Shown here: positions 19,398-29,940 of the stretch, in pieces
Layout: each line of letters opens with the position of its first letter
Numbering within the stretch: the stretch's first letter is position 1
Assembly (NCBI GenBank): GCA_050949505.1
Contig: JBMNFV010000001.1
Location: 445,625-509,624 of the forward strand
Direction of reading: 5' to 3'
DNA: 64,000 nt
Origin: Patescibacteria group bacterium
GTDB lineage: Bacteria > Patescibacteriota > Patescibacteriia > Patescibacteriales > UBA12465
The notes under the pieces: generated by a model
The model's input: the letters and a program-made list of their open reading frames with translations, nothing else
Told to the model about the DNA's origin: nothing
Databases searched by the model: none
Made by a program: the position numbers and the translations under genes

Positions 19398-22300
19398 ATG
19401 CGCTATTTTAAATTATTAAGTTTAGGGGGGCTAATCCTTTTTGGTCTCCTCTTAGGAGCAGTCCGTCCTTGTTGGGCCCTGCCTCCTGGGGCGCTGCTGT
19501 ACCGAACCTCTAGTGAGGGGAAAATGTTTGGCTATAGTGGTGACCCCTTAACGGTATCTGAGCAAGGGGTTTTGCGGGGGATCTATCCCGGTCACGTGGG
19601 AATTTATGTTGGTCAGGAAAATGGTGTTCATTATGTAGTGGAAGCCTTAGCGGAAGGGATAGTGAAAAAGCCAGCCGAACAATTTGTTAATACCGCCTTA
19701 GGGGAGAAATATTTAGGGGCTAAAATTCCTCGGAACTTAAGCGCGGTTCAACAAGCGAAGGTGGTGGCTTTAGCTAAAAACTTAGCCAGTCAGGGCTATG
19801 CTTATGACTTTGATTTTAAGAAACAAAAGGGAGCAGGCAGTGGTAACTGGACCTGTGTGGGTTTAGTGGAGAAGATTTATGAAAGTGCTAATTTGCTTAA
19901 CCCTAATAACTTAGCGGGCTTGGAATATAATTGGAGTGATTATGCGATTAATATCACTCCCGATGGTTTAGATAATTATAGTCCTAGTAATAGTCAGGGG
20001 GACCATTTCTCCGCTGATTGGGAGTTTTCTAAGATTGCTCGGCGAACTGACCTATTGCTACCCGCTCCAGAGTTAATTGGCTACAATTTAGGCTACGAAC
20101 AGGGCGGGGATCGCTATATCTTCTTGCCCTATACTCAATACCTCCAAGAGGGCCTAATGGAGCTAGACACGGATATAGTGGTTAGTTCTGCCTTTGTAGA
20201 CTCCGAGATCAGAGGGTCGGTAAATAATCTCTCCCTATTAGTTCGTTGGAGCCTAATTAATAATCCCTTATCATCACTTAAAACTATTGCCGGACAAGTT
20301 AGTGATAAGGTCTTAGCTCTAGCTCACCGACTCTTTAAGGGCTCGGGAGATAATACTGACTTAGATATTTGGTTAACAGAGCTAGCCGAAGATAGTGCGC
20401 CGGGAGTGATGACCCTTGCTAAAGTGGGGGCTAGTATTAATAAAAATACCCAGGCTACAGAGGCGACTAAGGCTAATGAGACTAAGGGTAGTCAGGGGGC
20501 GACGGTAACTAGCAATCCCTCCATACTAGCAACTATTAACGAGCAGCTCAGCCAAGAGCTAGCGGCCGCTATTAATTTCCCTAGTTCAGGGATTAATGCC
20601 TCTTGGCAGGCCCCCGACTCTAAAATAGACACTACTCTAGGAAGCTTTGTGGATAATGCCGTCTATACGGCGGGAGAAAAAGAGGGGCCAGCCCTAGAGG
20701 GCTTAGCGACCATTAATCTAATTTACAGCACCGCTGGCAATCAATTGGTAGAGCTATATAATCCTAGTAGTTATGACTTAGACTTAGCTCAGGCTGGTTA
20801 TCGTTTAGAGCGCACTAAAACCGCGGAAGACCCGGGGATAGCTATCCGAATTGGGAACGAGGCTGATGGGCGCTATCCGGGAGGGACAGTGATCGGGGCG
20901 CATAGTACTTATCTCATTGTTAAGGAAGGAGCCAGTGACTATTTCCTTTCCCGAGCCGATGCCATTGCTAGTCGTCAAGAGTTTGCTTGGACTGGTAATG
21001 GCTATACCCTGTATTTAGGCAAGGGAGCGATTAGTTCTAGTCAGGATCCGGATATAGTGGAGGCGGTTGGCCTAGGAGCTAAGGCTAGTTATTATCAAGG
21101 CCAGGCTCCTGCTCAAGAAATTCCGGATAATTATCTGCTTAAAAGAATTGCGAGTACGGGGAATAATAATCTAGACTTTTCTCTAGTTCGTTCCCCGGAC
21201 CCCAATATTAATTGGGGTGGGGAAAAAATTGAAGACCCGCCCCCAGAAGTTAAGCCGCCAGTAGTGGAGATAAATAATCAAGACGAAGGAGACCCTTCTT
21301 TGGTAGATGAAGAAGACCTTGAGCCTGAGCCAGACCCTAGCGAAGTGGATGATGACCCTGAAGAAGAGGCGGCGGGTAGTCAGGCTTACGCAGTGATTAG
21401 TCGGGTTTATAAGACGGGAAACAATCGCTTTATTGAGCTCTATAATCCCAGTGAAGAGGACCTAGACTTAAGAGCCGCTAATTATCGGCTACATAAAACT
21501 TATCAGTCAGCCACTCCTAGTATTCTAGTGCGTTTAGGAGAGGAGGCTGATTTAGTCTATACAACGGGGGAGGCGATTATTAGGGCGGGGGACTACTTTA
21601 TGTTAGTAGCGGCTGGCAGTGATGACTATTATTTAGAGCAAGCTGATGCGATAGTTGAGCGAGACTTTACTTGGACCAATGACCAGCAAACTTTCTTCCT
21701 CGGTCAAGGACCAATTAGTTCACCCACGGATGAAGATATTTTAGAAGTCTTAGGCTTTGGCACGGCTAGCTATTGGGGTGGGGAGGCGCCGGCTCCCGCA
21801 CTAGCAAAAAACTATTATCTTCAGCGAGTGGGGTATAGTGGCCATAATAATCAGGACTTTATCTTAGTGCCCTCAGATGACCCTAGTCTAGATTGGAGAG
21901 AGTTAGATGGAGAATTATTAGTACTAGATAGTAGTTCTAACTTTCGTTATCAATTCTACACTCAAGACTATGACCTTTATCCTGACCCAGAACCAGTGGT
22001 TAGTGAGAGTTTACGCTATCTGTGGCACTTAGATGACGGGGAAGGAGAGCTAATCTCTCCAGCTTCAGGAGATAGTGAATTAAGTGCTTGGGGAGCCTGG
22101 CTGCCCGGTAAATTTGGCAATGCTAAATTTAATGGTTATCAGGTTGGTGGTTTTCAGGGACAGTTAGTTGAGCCAGTTAATGCTAATAATTTCTCCTTAA
22201 GTTTTTGGTATCGTAAGGGGGGCGATAAGTATTCACGGTTAGAATTTAGCTTGCTAGGTGATGATACTCAGATCAGTCTAGAGATTACTAACGATCTTTT

Positions 22301-23225
22301 AGTGATTGGTGGTTTATCCAGTCCAGTTTCTAGGCAGGGACTAGACTTTCCCTTTGACGAGGAGTGGCGCCAGTTTATGCTGGTAGTTAATCGTGAGGGT
22401 GGCTATTGGGGTATTTATGTTGATGGTCAGCTAATTTATGGAGTGGAGACTATCAAGCTGATGGGTAATTTTAACTACCTAAATTTTGGGGGCAATAATT
22501 TTGACTATGGTTTAGATGAACTAGCTATTTGGGATAGGTCATTATCAGCCGCTGAGGTCTTAGCGCTAAGGGAGGCTGAGCAACCCTTAGCCCCCCTTAG
22601 CCCTCGCCCCAGTCAAGCTAAGGCGGTGATGAAGTATTTTTGGGACTTTAATGGTGGCCTGGGACAAACTGGACTAGACCTAGTTCAAGGAGCCGTTTTA
22701 GAGCTCTCAGAATATCAATGGCAAAATACCGGCTCTAATGAGGCCCACTTGTCCTTAAGTTATCCCGCTCAGGTAGGGGCTGATTTGGAACTAGCCGACC
22801 TATTAGACTTTTCTCTAAGTTTTCGTTGGCGAGTGCCAGGACCAGATAAAGATAACCGCGTGGCCATTACTTTAGGAAATGAGGAGCGAGAGTCAGTTAT
22901 TAGGCTAACCACTAGTCAAACTAGGCCTAGTTTTCAAGTGGAAAATATTGGCGCTAACCTAAACCTACTACCAGAAGCAGCGCAGTATCGGGATGATGAC
23001 TGGCATAGTCTAGTGCTTGCTTATGATAGTTACCGACAACAGGTTTTCTATTACCTAGATGGTCAGTTAGCTGGTTGGGCGCAGGCGCCGCGGGCTTGGC
23101 GCCAATTATCCTTAAGTCAATTGAAGATCTATGCGGAGAACTGGGGAACTGATTTAGATGACCTAGCTATTTGGCAGGGAACCCTTAGTTTAAGGCAAGC
23201 GCAGCGAATTGCCCAGCAGCCATAA
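19398..23225 (+). CDS. Secreted protein: permuted papain-like (YiiX/YaeF-type) domain, 2 lamin-tail domains, 2 LamG-like domains
   Basis: Signal peptide; GHVGIY...VVEA...YDFDF...WTCVGLVEKIY; VELYNP/IELYNP repeats; FSLSFW...LDELAIW pattern twice. Confidence 0.7.
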   Translation: MRYFKLLSLGGLILFGLLLGAVRPCWALPPGALLYRTSSEGKMFGYSGDPLTVSEQGVLRGIYPGHVGIYVGQENGVHYVVEALAEGIVKKPAEQFVNTALGEKYLGAKIPRNLSAVQQAKVVALAKNLASQGYAYDFDFKKQKGAGSGNWTCVGLVEKIYESANLLNPNNLAGLEYNWSDYAINITPDGLDNYSPSNSQGDHFSADWEFSKIARRTDLLLPAPELIGYNLGYEQGGDRYIFLPYTQYLQEGLMELDTDIVVSSAFVDSEIRGSVNNLSLLVRWSLINNPLSSLKTIAGQVSDKVLALAHRLFKGSGDNTDLDIWLTELAEDSAPGVMTLAKVGASINKNTQATEATKANETKGSQGATVTSNPSILATINEQLSQELAAAINFPSSGINASWQAPDSKIDTTLGSFVDNAVYTAGEKEGPALEGLATINLIYSTAGNQLVELYNPSSYDLDLAQAGYRLERTKTAEDPGIAIRIGNEADGRYPGGTVIGAHSTYLIVKEGASDYFLSRADAIASRQEFAWTGNGYTLYLGKGAISSSQDPDIVEAVGLGAKASYYQGQAPAQEIPDNYLLKRIASTGNNNLDFSLVRSPDPNINWGGEKIEDPPPEVKPPVVEINNQDEGDPSLVDEEDLEPEPDPSEVDDDPEEEAAGSQAYAVISRVYKTGNNRFIELYNPSEEDLDLRAANYRLHKTYQSATPSILVRLGEEADLVYTTGEAIIRAGDYFMLVAAGSDDYYLEQADAIVERDFTWTNDQQTFFLGQGPISSPTDEDILEVLGFGTASYWGGEAPAPALAKNYYLQRVGYSGHNNQDFILVPSDDPSLDWRELDGELLVLDSSSNFRYQFYTQDYDLYPDPEPVVSESLRYLWHLDDGEGELISPASGDSELSAWGAWLPGKFGNAKFNGYQVGGFQGQLVEPVNANNFSLSFWYRKGGDKYSRLEFSLLGDDTQISLEITNDLLVIGGLSSPVSRQGLDFPFDEEWRQFMLVVNREGGYWGIYVDGQLIYGVETIKLMGNFNYLNFGGNNFDYGLDELAIWDRSLSAAEVLALREAEQPLAPLSPRPSQAKAVMKYFWDFNGGLGQTGLDLVQGAVLELSEYQWQNTGSNEAHLSLSYPAQVGADLELADLLDFSLSFRWRVPGPDKDNRVAITLGNEERESVIRLTTSQTRPSFQVENIGANLNLLPEAAQYRDDDWHSLVLAYDSYRQQVFYYLDGQLAGWAQAPRAWRQLSLSQLKIYAENWGTDLDDLAIWQGTLSLRQAQRIAQQP

Positions 23226-23306
23226 TTTAGCTAATGATACCAGAAAAAAGCCATCAATTGATGGCTTTTTGCTTGATTAATTTTAATATTTCTTGTATTC
23301 TAAAGG

Positions 23307-23678
23307 TGTTACCAAGGTCAGTGGGCAATCGCTCTGCCTAGCAGAGAGGAAAGTCCGGACTTCAGGTTTATTTAAACCAACTTAATCGTGGGTAATGCCC
23401 ACCCGCCGAGGATCTTAGTTTCTCGGTGAGGGACAGTGCCACAGAGACAATACTAGCCTTAGTGATAAGGCGAAAGGTGAAAAGAGATGGGGTGCTAATT
23501 AGCTACCGATCTCCAGCTCCGGTGACGGAGACTGGTGGTAAACCCGATTAGAAGCAAGAGTAAATTTTTATTGCTCGTCAATAAAAAGCCAAGTAACTCG
23601 CTTGAGCTTATTAGTAATAATAAGCCTTAGATAAATGATTGCTAGAACAGAATCCGGCTTACGGCTACCGTGGTAACA
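23307..23678 (+). ncRNA. rnpB: RNase P RNA
   Basis: GAGGAAAGTCCGG, CAGTGCCACAGA, GGTAAACCC, AACAGAATCCGGCTTA; terminal helix tgttacca/tggtaaca. Confidence 0.96.
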
Positions 23679-23695
23679 AATAACTAATAATTATT

Positions 23696-25111
23696 ATGAA
23701 AAAAATAGAAGCCTTTTTTTCCGTTTTTTTAATTCCTTTAGACTTTGTCGTTATTTTCCTAGCGGGTCTCTCTGCCTACCACTTACGTTTTTCTAGTTGG
23801 TGGCAGGGCTTAAGGCCAGTAGTATTTGATTTGCCGTTAAAGGAATATCTTTGGTCATTAGCCCTAATTGCTATCCTGTGGCTAATTATTTTTGCTTTAA
23901 CTGGTCTGTATAGTATTCGGGGGGCCAGACGGTTAGCGAAAGAGGTTAATAAGATCTTTTTAGCCTGTTTAGCTGGCTTATCGTTAATAGCAATTATTAT
24001 CTTTTTTAGGCGGGATTTGTTTGACTCCCGCTTTATCGTCTTAACGGGAACCGTCTTAGCCTTTTTTTATCTGATTATTGCCCATGCCTTTGTGCGCTGG
24101 TTGCAGCGATACTTATATCGTTATGGCCTAGGAGTGCATAAGGTTATTTTAGTTGGCGACTCTAAGACAACCGATAATTTAGTGAGCGAGTTCTCAGCTA
24201 ATAAAAAGCTGGGCTATGAGGTGATTAAGCGGGTGCGTAATTTTTCCTTGGAAACCGCTAAAGACTTAGCCGAGTTAATTAGTCAGCGAGAAGTTGATGA
24301 AATTATTCACTGTGACCCTAATTTAAGCAAGGCGGAGTCTTTACGTCTCTATGACTTTGCTAATGACCATCACCTAATTTATCGTTACGTGGCTGACTTA
24401 TTAGAAGTTAAGGTGTTAAGAACGGAGGTTAGTGAGCTACTGGGGATTCCGATTGTGGAAGTGAAGCGCACTACCTTAGATGGTTGGGGGCGAGTGTTTA
24501 AACGGCTCTTTGATATTATTGTCTCCGCTTTATTAATTATCATTTTATCACCCATTTTAATTCTGACCGCTCTGCTAATCGTCTTAGACTCACGAGGGCC
24601 AGTCTTCTTTTCTCAACGTGATGACGGGACCCCCGTTTACCGAGTGGGAGAAGGCGGGAAGCCGTTTAAGTATTTAAAGTTTCGTTCCATGATTCCTAAT
24701 TCTGATAGTTTGCGCTATACAGAGCTAGCTGACCAGAATTTACGTAGTGAGGGCCCCTTGGTGAAGATTAAAGATGACCCCCGGGTAACGAGAGTGGGGA
24801 ACTTTATTCGTCGCTGGTCCATAGATGAATTACCCGAGCTATTTTTAGTATTTATTGGCCACATGAGCCTAGTGGGACCACGACCCCACCTACCAGAAGA
24901 GGTGGCTAAATATGAGAATCATCATCGTAAGCTACTTACTATCAAACCAGGTATTACTGGCCTAGCCCAGGTATCAGGACGCAGTGACTTGCTATTTGAA
25001 GAAGAGGCTAAGCTAGATATTTATTATATTGAAAACTGGTCACTAATGTTAGATTTATCCATTTTATTTAAAACACCCTTAGCGGTAGTTAAACACCGGG
25101 AAGCGGAATAA
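23696..25111 (+). CDS. Undecaprenyl-phosphate sugar phosphotransferase (WcaJ/WbaP-like priming transferase)
   Basis: KRLFDI, KFRSM, DDPRVTRVG, SIDELP, MSLVGPRP, KPGITGLAQVSGR. Confidence 0.95.
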   Translation: MKKIEAFFSVFLIPLDFVVIFLAGLSAYHLRFSSWWQGLRPVVFDLPLKEYLWSLALIAILWLIIFALTGLYSIRGARRLAKEVNKIFLACLAGLSLIAIIIFFRRDLFDSRFIVLTGTVLAFFYLIIAHAFVRWLQRYLYRYGLGVHKVILVGDSKTTDNLVSEFSANKKLGYEVIKRVRNFSLETAKDLAELISQREVDEIIHCDPNLSKAESLRLYDFANDHHLIYRYVADLLEVKVLRTEVSELLGIPIVEVKRTTLDGWGRVFKRLFDIIVSALLIIILSPILILTALLIVLDSRGPVFFSQRDDGTPVYRVGEGGKPFKYLKFRSMIPNSDSLRYTELADQNLRSEGPLVKIKDDPRVTRVGNFIRRWSIDELPELFLVFIGHMSLVGPRPHLPEEVAKYENHHRKLLTIKPGITGLAQVSGRSDLLFEEEAKLDIYYIENWSLMLDLSILFKTPLAVVKHREAE

Positions 25112-25114
25112 TTT

Positions 25115-26248
25115 ATGAAAGTTGCTTTAATCCACGATCATTTAGCTCAAGATGGGGGCGCTGAAAAAGTGCTACAGGTTTTTGCGGGAATGTTTAAGGA
25201 GGCCCCGATTTATACCTTGTTATATGACAAGCATAAGCAGGATCAATATTACCAAGATCGGCAGATAGAGGTCTCCGTTATTCAAAAGCTACCTGGAGGA
25301 GTGAGGCATTATCAGTGGTATCTACCACTAATGCCTTTGGCGGTAGAGTTTTATGACTTAAGTCCCTATGACTTAGTCTTGTCAGATACTAGCTCTTTTG
25401 CTAAAGGAGTAATTACCAAGCCAGAGACCCTACATATCTGCTATTGCCACACCCCCACTAGATTTCTGTGGAGTGATGCTCATCAATACCTTAATGAACT
25501 TAAGTATAATAAGTGGTTAAAGAAAATTATCTCTTTGGCACTTAGTCGGATTAGACTCTGGGATCGCTTAGCGGCTGATCGAGTAGATTTGTTTATCGCC
25601 AACTCCAAAACTGTTCAAGCCCGAATCAAGAAATATTATCGTCGTGAGTCAGTAGTTATTTACCCACCAGTGGAAACTGATAAGTTTGAGATAAGTTATC
25701 AGGCCGATAGAGCGGCCTCTGAGAAATATTTTTTAGCGGGCTGTCGCTTAGCGCCCTATAAACGAATAGATTTAATTATTGAGGCCTTTAAAGAGCTCGG
25801 TCCTGACTATCGTCTGCGGATCTTTGGAGACGGGGTAGACCTTAAACGCTTAAAGAAGTTAGCTCGGGGGAGGGAGAATATTGAATTCTTAGGGCGAGTG
25901 ACTGAGGAAGAAAAGATTAAGCTATTTGCCCAAGCTGAGGCTTTTATTAATCCGCAAGAAGAAGACTTTGGAATTACCGTAGTAGAGTCAATGGCGGCGG
26001 GCCGACCAGTGATTGCCTTAGCAGCTGGCGGAGCCTTAGAAACCGTGGTGGCAGGAAAAACAGGACTATTTTTTACCAAACAGACAGCGGCAAGTTTAGC
26101 TGAGGCCATTAGAGGCTTTAAAGCCTCAGACTTTGATCCAGTGGAGATTAGGGCTTGGGCGGAAAAGTTTTCGGTAGCTAATTTCACGCAACAGATTAGA
26201 GACTTTATTAATAAGCATTATTCTCAGCCTCCTAGTCGTTTAACTTAA
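25115..26248 (+). CDS. Glycosyltransferase family 4
   Basis: GGAEKVL, CYCHTP, EDFGITVVESMAAG. Confidence 0.93.
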   Translation: MKVALIHDHLAQDGGAEKVLQVFAGMFKEAPIYTLLYDKHKQDQYYQDRQIEVSVIQKLPGGVRHYQWYLPLMPLAVEFYDLSPYDLVLSDTSSFAKGVITKPETLHICYCHTPTRFLWSDAHQYLNELKYNKWLKKIISLALSRIRLWDRLAADRVDLFIANSKTVQARIKKYYRRESVVIYPPVETDKFEISYQADRAASEKYFLAGCRLAPYKRIDLIIEAFKELGPDYRLRIFGDGVDLKRLKKLARGRENIEFLGRVTEEEKIKLFAQAEAFINPQEEDFGITVVESMAAGRPVIALAAGGALETVVAGKTGLFFTKQTAASLAEAIRGFKASDFDPVEIRAWAEKFSVANFTQQIRDFINKHYSQPPSRLT

Positions 26249-26252
26249 ATTT

Positions 26253-27407
26253 ATGTCTATCAAATTAGGCGTGGATATCCGAGTCTTAATGGACCAGCAG
26301 TATAGCGGTATCGCTTGGTATACCGCTAATTTATTATCCCCCCTACTAGAGTCAGAGGAGTTTGTCTATCGCTTGTACTATAATGCCTGGCGAGCTAAGC
26401 CGCAGTTAGCTAAGTGGTCTAAGGACGGAGTTCAGTTAATAGCTACTAGATACCCTAACAAGCTATTTAACTATTGCCTGCAAACTATTTTTCGCTATCC
26501 TAAAATAGATCAGACCTTAGGCGGAGTGGATGTTTTTTGGTCACCCCATTTTAACTTTACTAGTCTGAGTAAAAGGGTAAAGCAAGTGATCACCGTCCAT
26601 GACTTATCATTTCTGCGCTATCCAGAATTCTTTAGTGGGCGGAAAAACTTTTGGCACCGAGCCCTTCAAGTGAAGACTGTCTTAAACCAAGCTAGACAAA
26701 TAGTGGCGGTGTCTAATAATACCAAGCAGGATTTAATTGAATTATTAGATATTCCAGCTGATAAGATTACCGTTATTTATTCAGGTTTAAATTTACCGAC
26801 CCTTAAGCCAAAGGTAACGGAGAGTCAAGAATTTCTAGCTAAGTGGCAACTTAAACCTCACTATTTTCTATATTTAGGCAATATTGAGCCTCGCAAGAAC
26901 CTCGTTAACCTGATCCTCGCCTACAATCAGTGGCAAGACAGTTTAAATGGCCAAGGAGAAGCCTATCTAGTGCTAGCTGGTGGACGGGGCTGGAAAACCA
27001 GAAAGATCTATCAATTAGCGAAACGCTCTCCCTACCGGGAAAAGATTATCTTCTTAGGTTATGTTAGTGAACGAGAAAAAGAGATTCTTTATGAGCAAGC
27101 CCTAGCCTTAGTCTATCCTTCGCTTTATGAGGGCTTTGGTTTTCCGCCACTAGAAGCCCTGGCCCGAGGAGTGCCAGTAATTTGCTCTAATGTTTCTAGC
27201 CTGCCAGAAGTGGTAGGGAGCAGTGCTTATTTAATAGACCCACTAAACGTTAACGATCTAGCTAGAGGACTAGAACGACTAGCCAAAGACCAGAGCCTAA
27301 GAGAATATTTAATAAAGCAGGGAAGAAAGCGTAGCCAATTATTCTCCTGGGACAAAGCCGCAGCAGAATACTTAGAGCTATTTAAGCGCTTAGCGCTAGA
27401 GAAATAG
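26253..27407 (+). CDS. Glycosyltransferase family 4 (mannosyltransferase-like)
   Basis: TVHDLSF, GNIEPRKN, PSLYEGFGFPPLEA. Confidence 0.93.
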   Translation: MSIKLGVDIRVLMDQQYSGIAWYTANLLSPLLESEEFVYRLYYNAWRAKPQLAKWSKDGVQLIATRYPNKLFNYCLQTIFRYPKIDQTLGGVDVFWSPHFNFTSLSKRVKQVITVHDLSFLRYPEFFSGRKNFWHRALQVKTVLNQARQIVAVSNNTKQDLIELLDIPADKITVIYSGLNLPTLKPKVTESQEFLAKWQLKPHYFLYLGNIEPRKNLVNLILAYNQWQDSLNGQGEAYLVLAGGRGWKTRKIYQLAKRSPYREKIIFLGYVSEREKEILYEQALALVYPSLYEGFGFPPLEALARGVPVICSNVSSLPEVVGSSAYLIDPLNVNDLARGLERLAKDQSLREYLIKQGRKRSQLFSWDKAAAEYLELFKRLALEK

Positions 27408-27487
27408 CTTGCTAAGAGTTTTTAAAAGTTGACTTTTTATGAAAAAAGCTATCCATTAGGATAGCTTGGTTATTTTTAGGAACTAGC

Positions 27488-27907
27488 TTATTGTTTTTTA
27501 GAAAAAACTCTAAACAATAGGCCAGCTCCAATTATTGCGATATAGACAATCCCAGTAATCACTGAGATTTCAACAATTGATTGTTCTCCTCCTGGGAGAA
27601 AATCAAAAATAAAGTTAACGGCGTTTACAGCAGTATAATTTACTGCCATAAAAGTAGGGTACAATATTAGTTTCATCCAGGGGGATGATTTAATCAATCC
27701 AGCTGGTAGGGAAAACTGGACAATTAATACTATTAATAAAAATAGTATTACTCCTACCATCATCACCACATCCAATGCCCGATTTGAGCATCCATGGAAA
27801 TGAAGATTAATTAACCCCGAGAATACGGCTATAAGCAGGCCGGCAAAGCACACTATTCCCGCTATCGGGAATATGTAATCTAATAATATCATTTCACTTT
27901 TTCTCAT
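27488..27907 (-). CDS. Hypothetical 4-TM membrane protein (ORFan-like)
   Basis: Four hydrophobic segments; own TTGACA-17-TATAAT promoter (27979-27951) and a downstream hairpin. Confidence 0.75.
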   Translation of the reverse strand: MRKSEMILLDYIFPIAGIVCFAGLLIAVFSGLINLHFHGCSNRALDVVMMVGVILFLLIVLIVQFSLPAGLIKSSPWMKLILYPTFMAVNYTAVNAVNFIFDFLPGGEQSIVEISVITGIVYIAIIGAGLLFRVFSKKQ

Positions 27908-28102
27908 CTCTATAAAATTTTGATTGTTAATGTTCTTAAACTATGAAACTATTATATCATATTTATATTGATTTGTCAATATTACAAAACTACAATCCAT
28001 TTCTATTTCAACTCCTTTAGAATTCTTTTTTTTAATCTAAGTGGTCAAATCTAGCTAGTAGTTAAAAACAAAACAACCAATTAAGGATTGGTTGTTTTTT
28101 AG

Positions 28103-28186
28103 TGCCGCGAGAGGGACTCGAACCCTCACAGAGTTGCCTCCGCATGATTTTGAGTCATGTGCGTCTACCAGTTCCGCCACCGCGGC
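28103..28186 (-). tRNA. tRNA-Leu(CAA)
   Basis: gccgcggtggcggaactggtagacgc...catga-ctCAAaa-tcatg, long variable arm, ggttcgagtccc; CCA not encoded. Confidence 0.96.
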
Positions 28187-28276
28187 TAATTAGTTTTCCT
28201 GAAGCTTAGTATAATCAATATAAGGATAATTGTCAAAGGAGATTTTTTAAGATATAATAAGAATTAGTTAGAATTT

Positions 28277-29047
28277 ATGAGTAAAATAATTGCTGTAGTT
28301 AATCAAAAGGGCGGGGTGGGAAAAACAACCACGGCCGTTAATTTAGCTAGCTACCTCGCTCATTTTGGGCGAGGGGTTTTGCTAATTGACCTTGACCCTC
28401 AAGCTAATGCCACTTCTGGGCTAGGATTAGACCAACGCGAACTAGAAACCGGTATTTATGAGTCCTTGGTAACTAATCGTCCCTTAAGACAAGTGATCAA
28501 GCGGACCAGACAAGCTAATTTGCAAATAGCCCCAGCGACCATGGCTTTAGCTGGAGCTGGAGTGGAGCTAGTTAATTTAGAGAACCGAGAATTTCGCTTA
28601 GCCGAACTACTAGAAGAAGTGCGAGCTGACTATGACTATATTATTATTGATGGCCCTCCTTCCTTAGGACTGTTAACCGTTAATAGCTTAACGGCTGCTG
28701 ATGAAGTCCTTATTCCCATTCAAAGTGAGTATTATGCCCTAGAGGGCCTAAGTCAACTCCTTGAAACCATTAGCTTGGTTCAAGGCAATCTGAAGCCTCA
28801 ATTAGGAATTATGGGAGCGGTGATAACGATGTTTGATCGACGTAATAAATTATCGGGAGCGGTTATGGAAGAGCTCTATAAGTTTTTTCCTAATAAAATA
28901 TTTCGTTCCGTTATTCCCCGGACAGTGCGCCTAGCGGAGGCGCCCAGCTATGGTCAATCTATTTTGCAGTATGACCCTAAGTCTAAAGGAGCGAAGGCTT
29001 ATGAGAATTTAGCCCGAGAAGTTTTAAGTTTAGACTTACCTTATTAA
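28277..29047 (+). CDS. parA: Chromosome partitioning ATPase ParA/Soj
   Basis: NQKGGVGKTTT, DLDPQANAT, IPIQSEYYALEG, RLAEAPSYG. Confidence 0.97.
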   Translation: MSKIIAVVNQKGGVGKTTTAVNLASYLAHFGRGVLLIDLDPQANATSGLGLDQRELETGIYESLVTNRPLRQVIKRTRQANLQIAPATMALAGAGVELVNLENREFRLAELLEEVRADYDYIIIDGPPSLGLLTVNSLTAADEVLIPIQSEYYALEGLSQLLETISLVQGNLKPQLGIMGAVITMFDRRNKLSGAVMEELYKFFPNKIFRSVIPRTVRLAEAPSYGQSILQYDPKSKGAKAYENLAREVLSLDLPY

Positions 29048-29061
29048 CTAACAATAATCTT

Positions 29062-29940
29062 ATGGCACAAGGATTAGGTCGTGGCCTCGGGTCACTGATT
29101 CCTAAAAAAACAATGACTTACGGACGTAATCCCTATCAAGCTGAGACGGATGCGGAGTTAGTGATGGTAAATGAGCAAGATCAAATTCTTCAAGTTGACC
29201 CTGCTTTAATCACCATCAATCCCCAACAACCCCGAACAGAATTTAATGAAGCGGCTCTAGAGAGTCTAGCTAAGTCTATTGCTGAGCATGGTATTATCTC
29301 GCCCCTGATAGTTACTAAAACTGAAACTGGTGGCTTTGAGCTAATTGCTGGTGAACGTCGTTGGCGAGCAGCGCAGCAGCTAAAACTGAAAGAAGTACCA
29401 GTCATAGTTCGTCAAGAAGGCGAACAAAAGAAACTAGAGTTAGCCCTAATTGAAAACATTCAACGAGAAGACCTTAACCCTTTAGAAATAGCCCGAGCTT
29501 ATCAGCAATTGATTAATGATTTTAATTTAACCCAAGAAGGTGCGGCTGAGCGAGTGGGCAAGGCTCGTTCTAGTGTAGCTAACACTCTTAGACTATTAAC
29601 CCTTCCTAAGGAAGCTCAGGCGGCTTTAGCGGGTGGTAAAATTAGTGAAGCTCATGCCAAGATATTACTTAGTCTAGATAATCCAGTTAAGCAATTGGCT
29701 TTGCTCAAAAAGATTATGCGTCAGAATCTCACCGTCGCAGAAACAGATCGAGTGTTAAAGCAGGGAACAGAGAGCAAGGGTAGAGCTGATAAAAGTCTGA
29801 CTGACAGACAAACCGAAGCAGAGCTAGAACAATATTTTGGCACTAAGGTAGAAGTTAGGCGCCAAAAACGAGGGGGCAAACTAGTAATTGATTTCTATTC
29901 CGAAGAAGAGTTAGATAGTATATTAGCAAAGATTAAATAG
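29062..29940 (+). CDS. parB: Chromosome partitioning protein ParB/Spo0J
   Basis: GLGRGL, NPQQPR, IAGERRWRA, LIENIQREDLNPLE, HTH. Confidence 0.97.
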   Translation: MAQGLGRGLGSLIPKKTMTYGRNPYQAETDAELVMVNEQDQILQVDPALITINPQQPRTEFNEAALESLAKSIAEHGIISPLIVTKTETGGFELIAGERRWRAAQQLKLKEVPVIVRQEGEQKKLELALIENIQREDLNPLEIARAYQQLINDFNLTQEGAAERVGKARSSVANTLRLLTLPKEAQAALAGGKISEAHAKILLSLDNPVKQLALLKKIMRQNLTVAETDRVLKQGTESKGRADKSLTDRQTEAELEQYFGTKVEVRRQKRGGKLVIDFYSEEELDSILAKIK

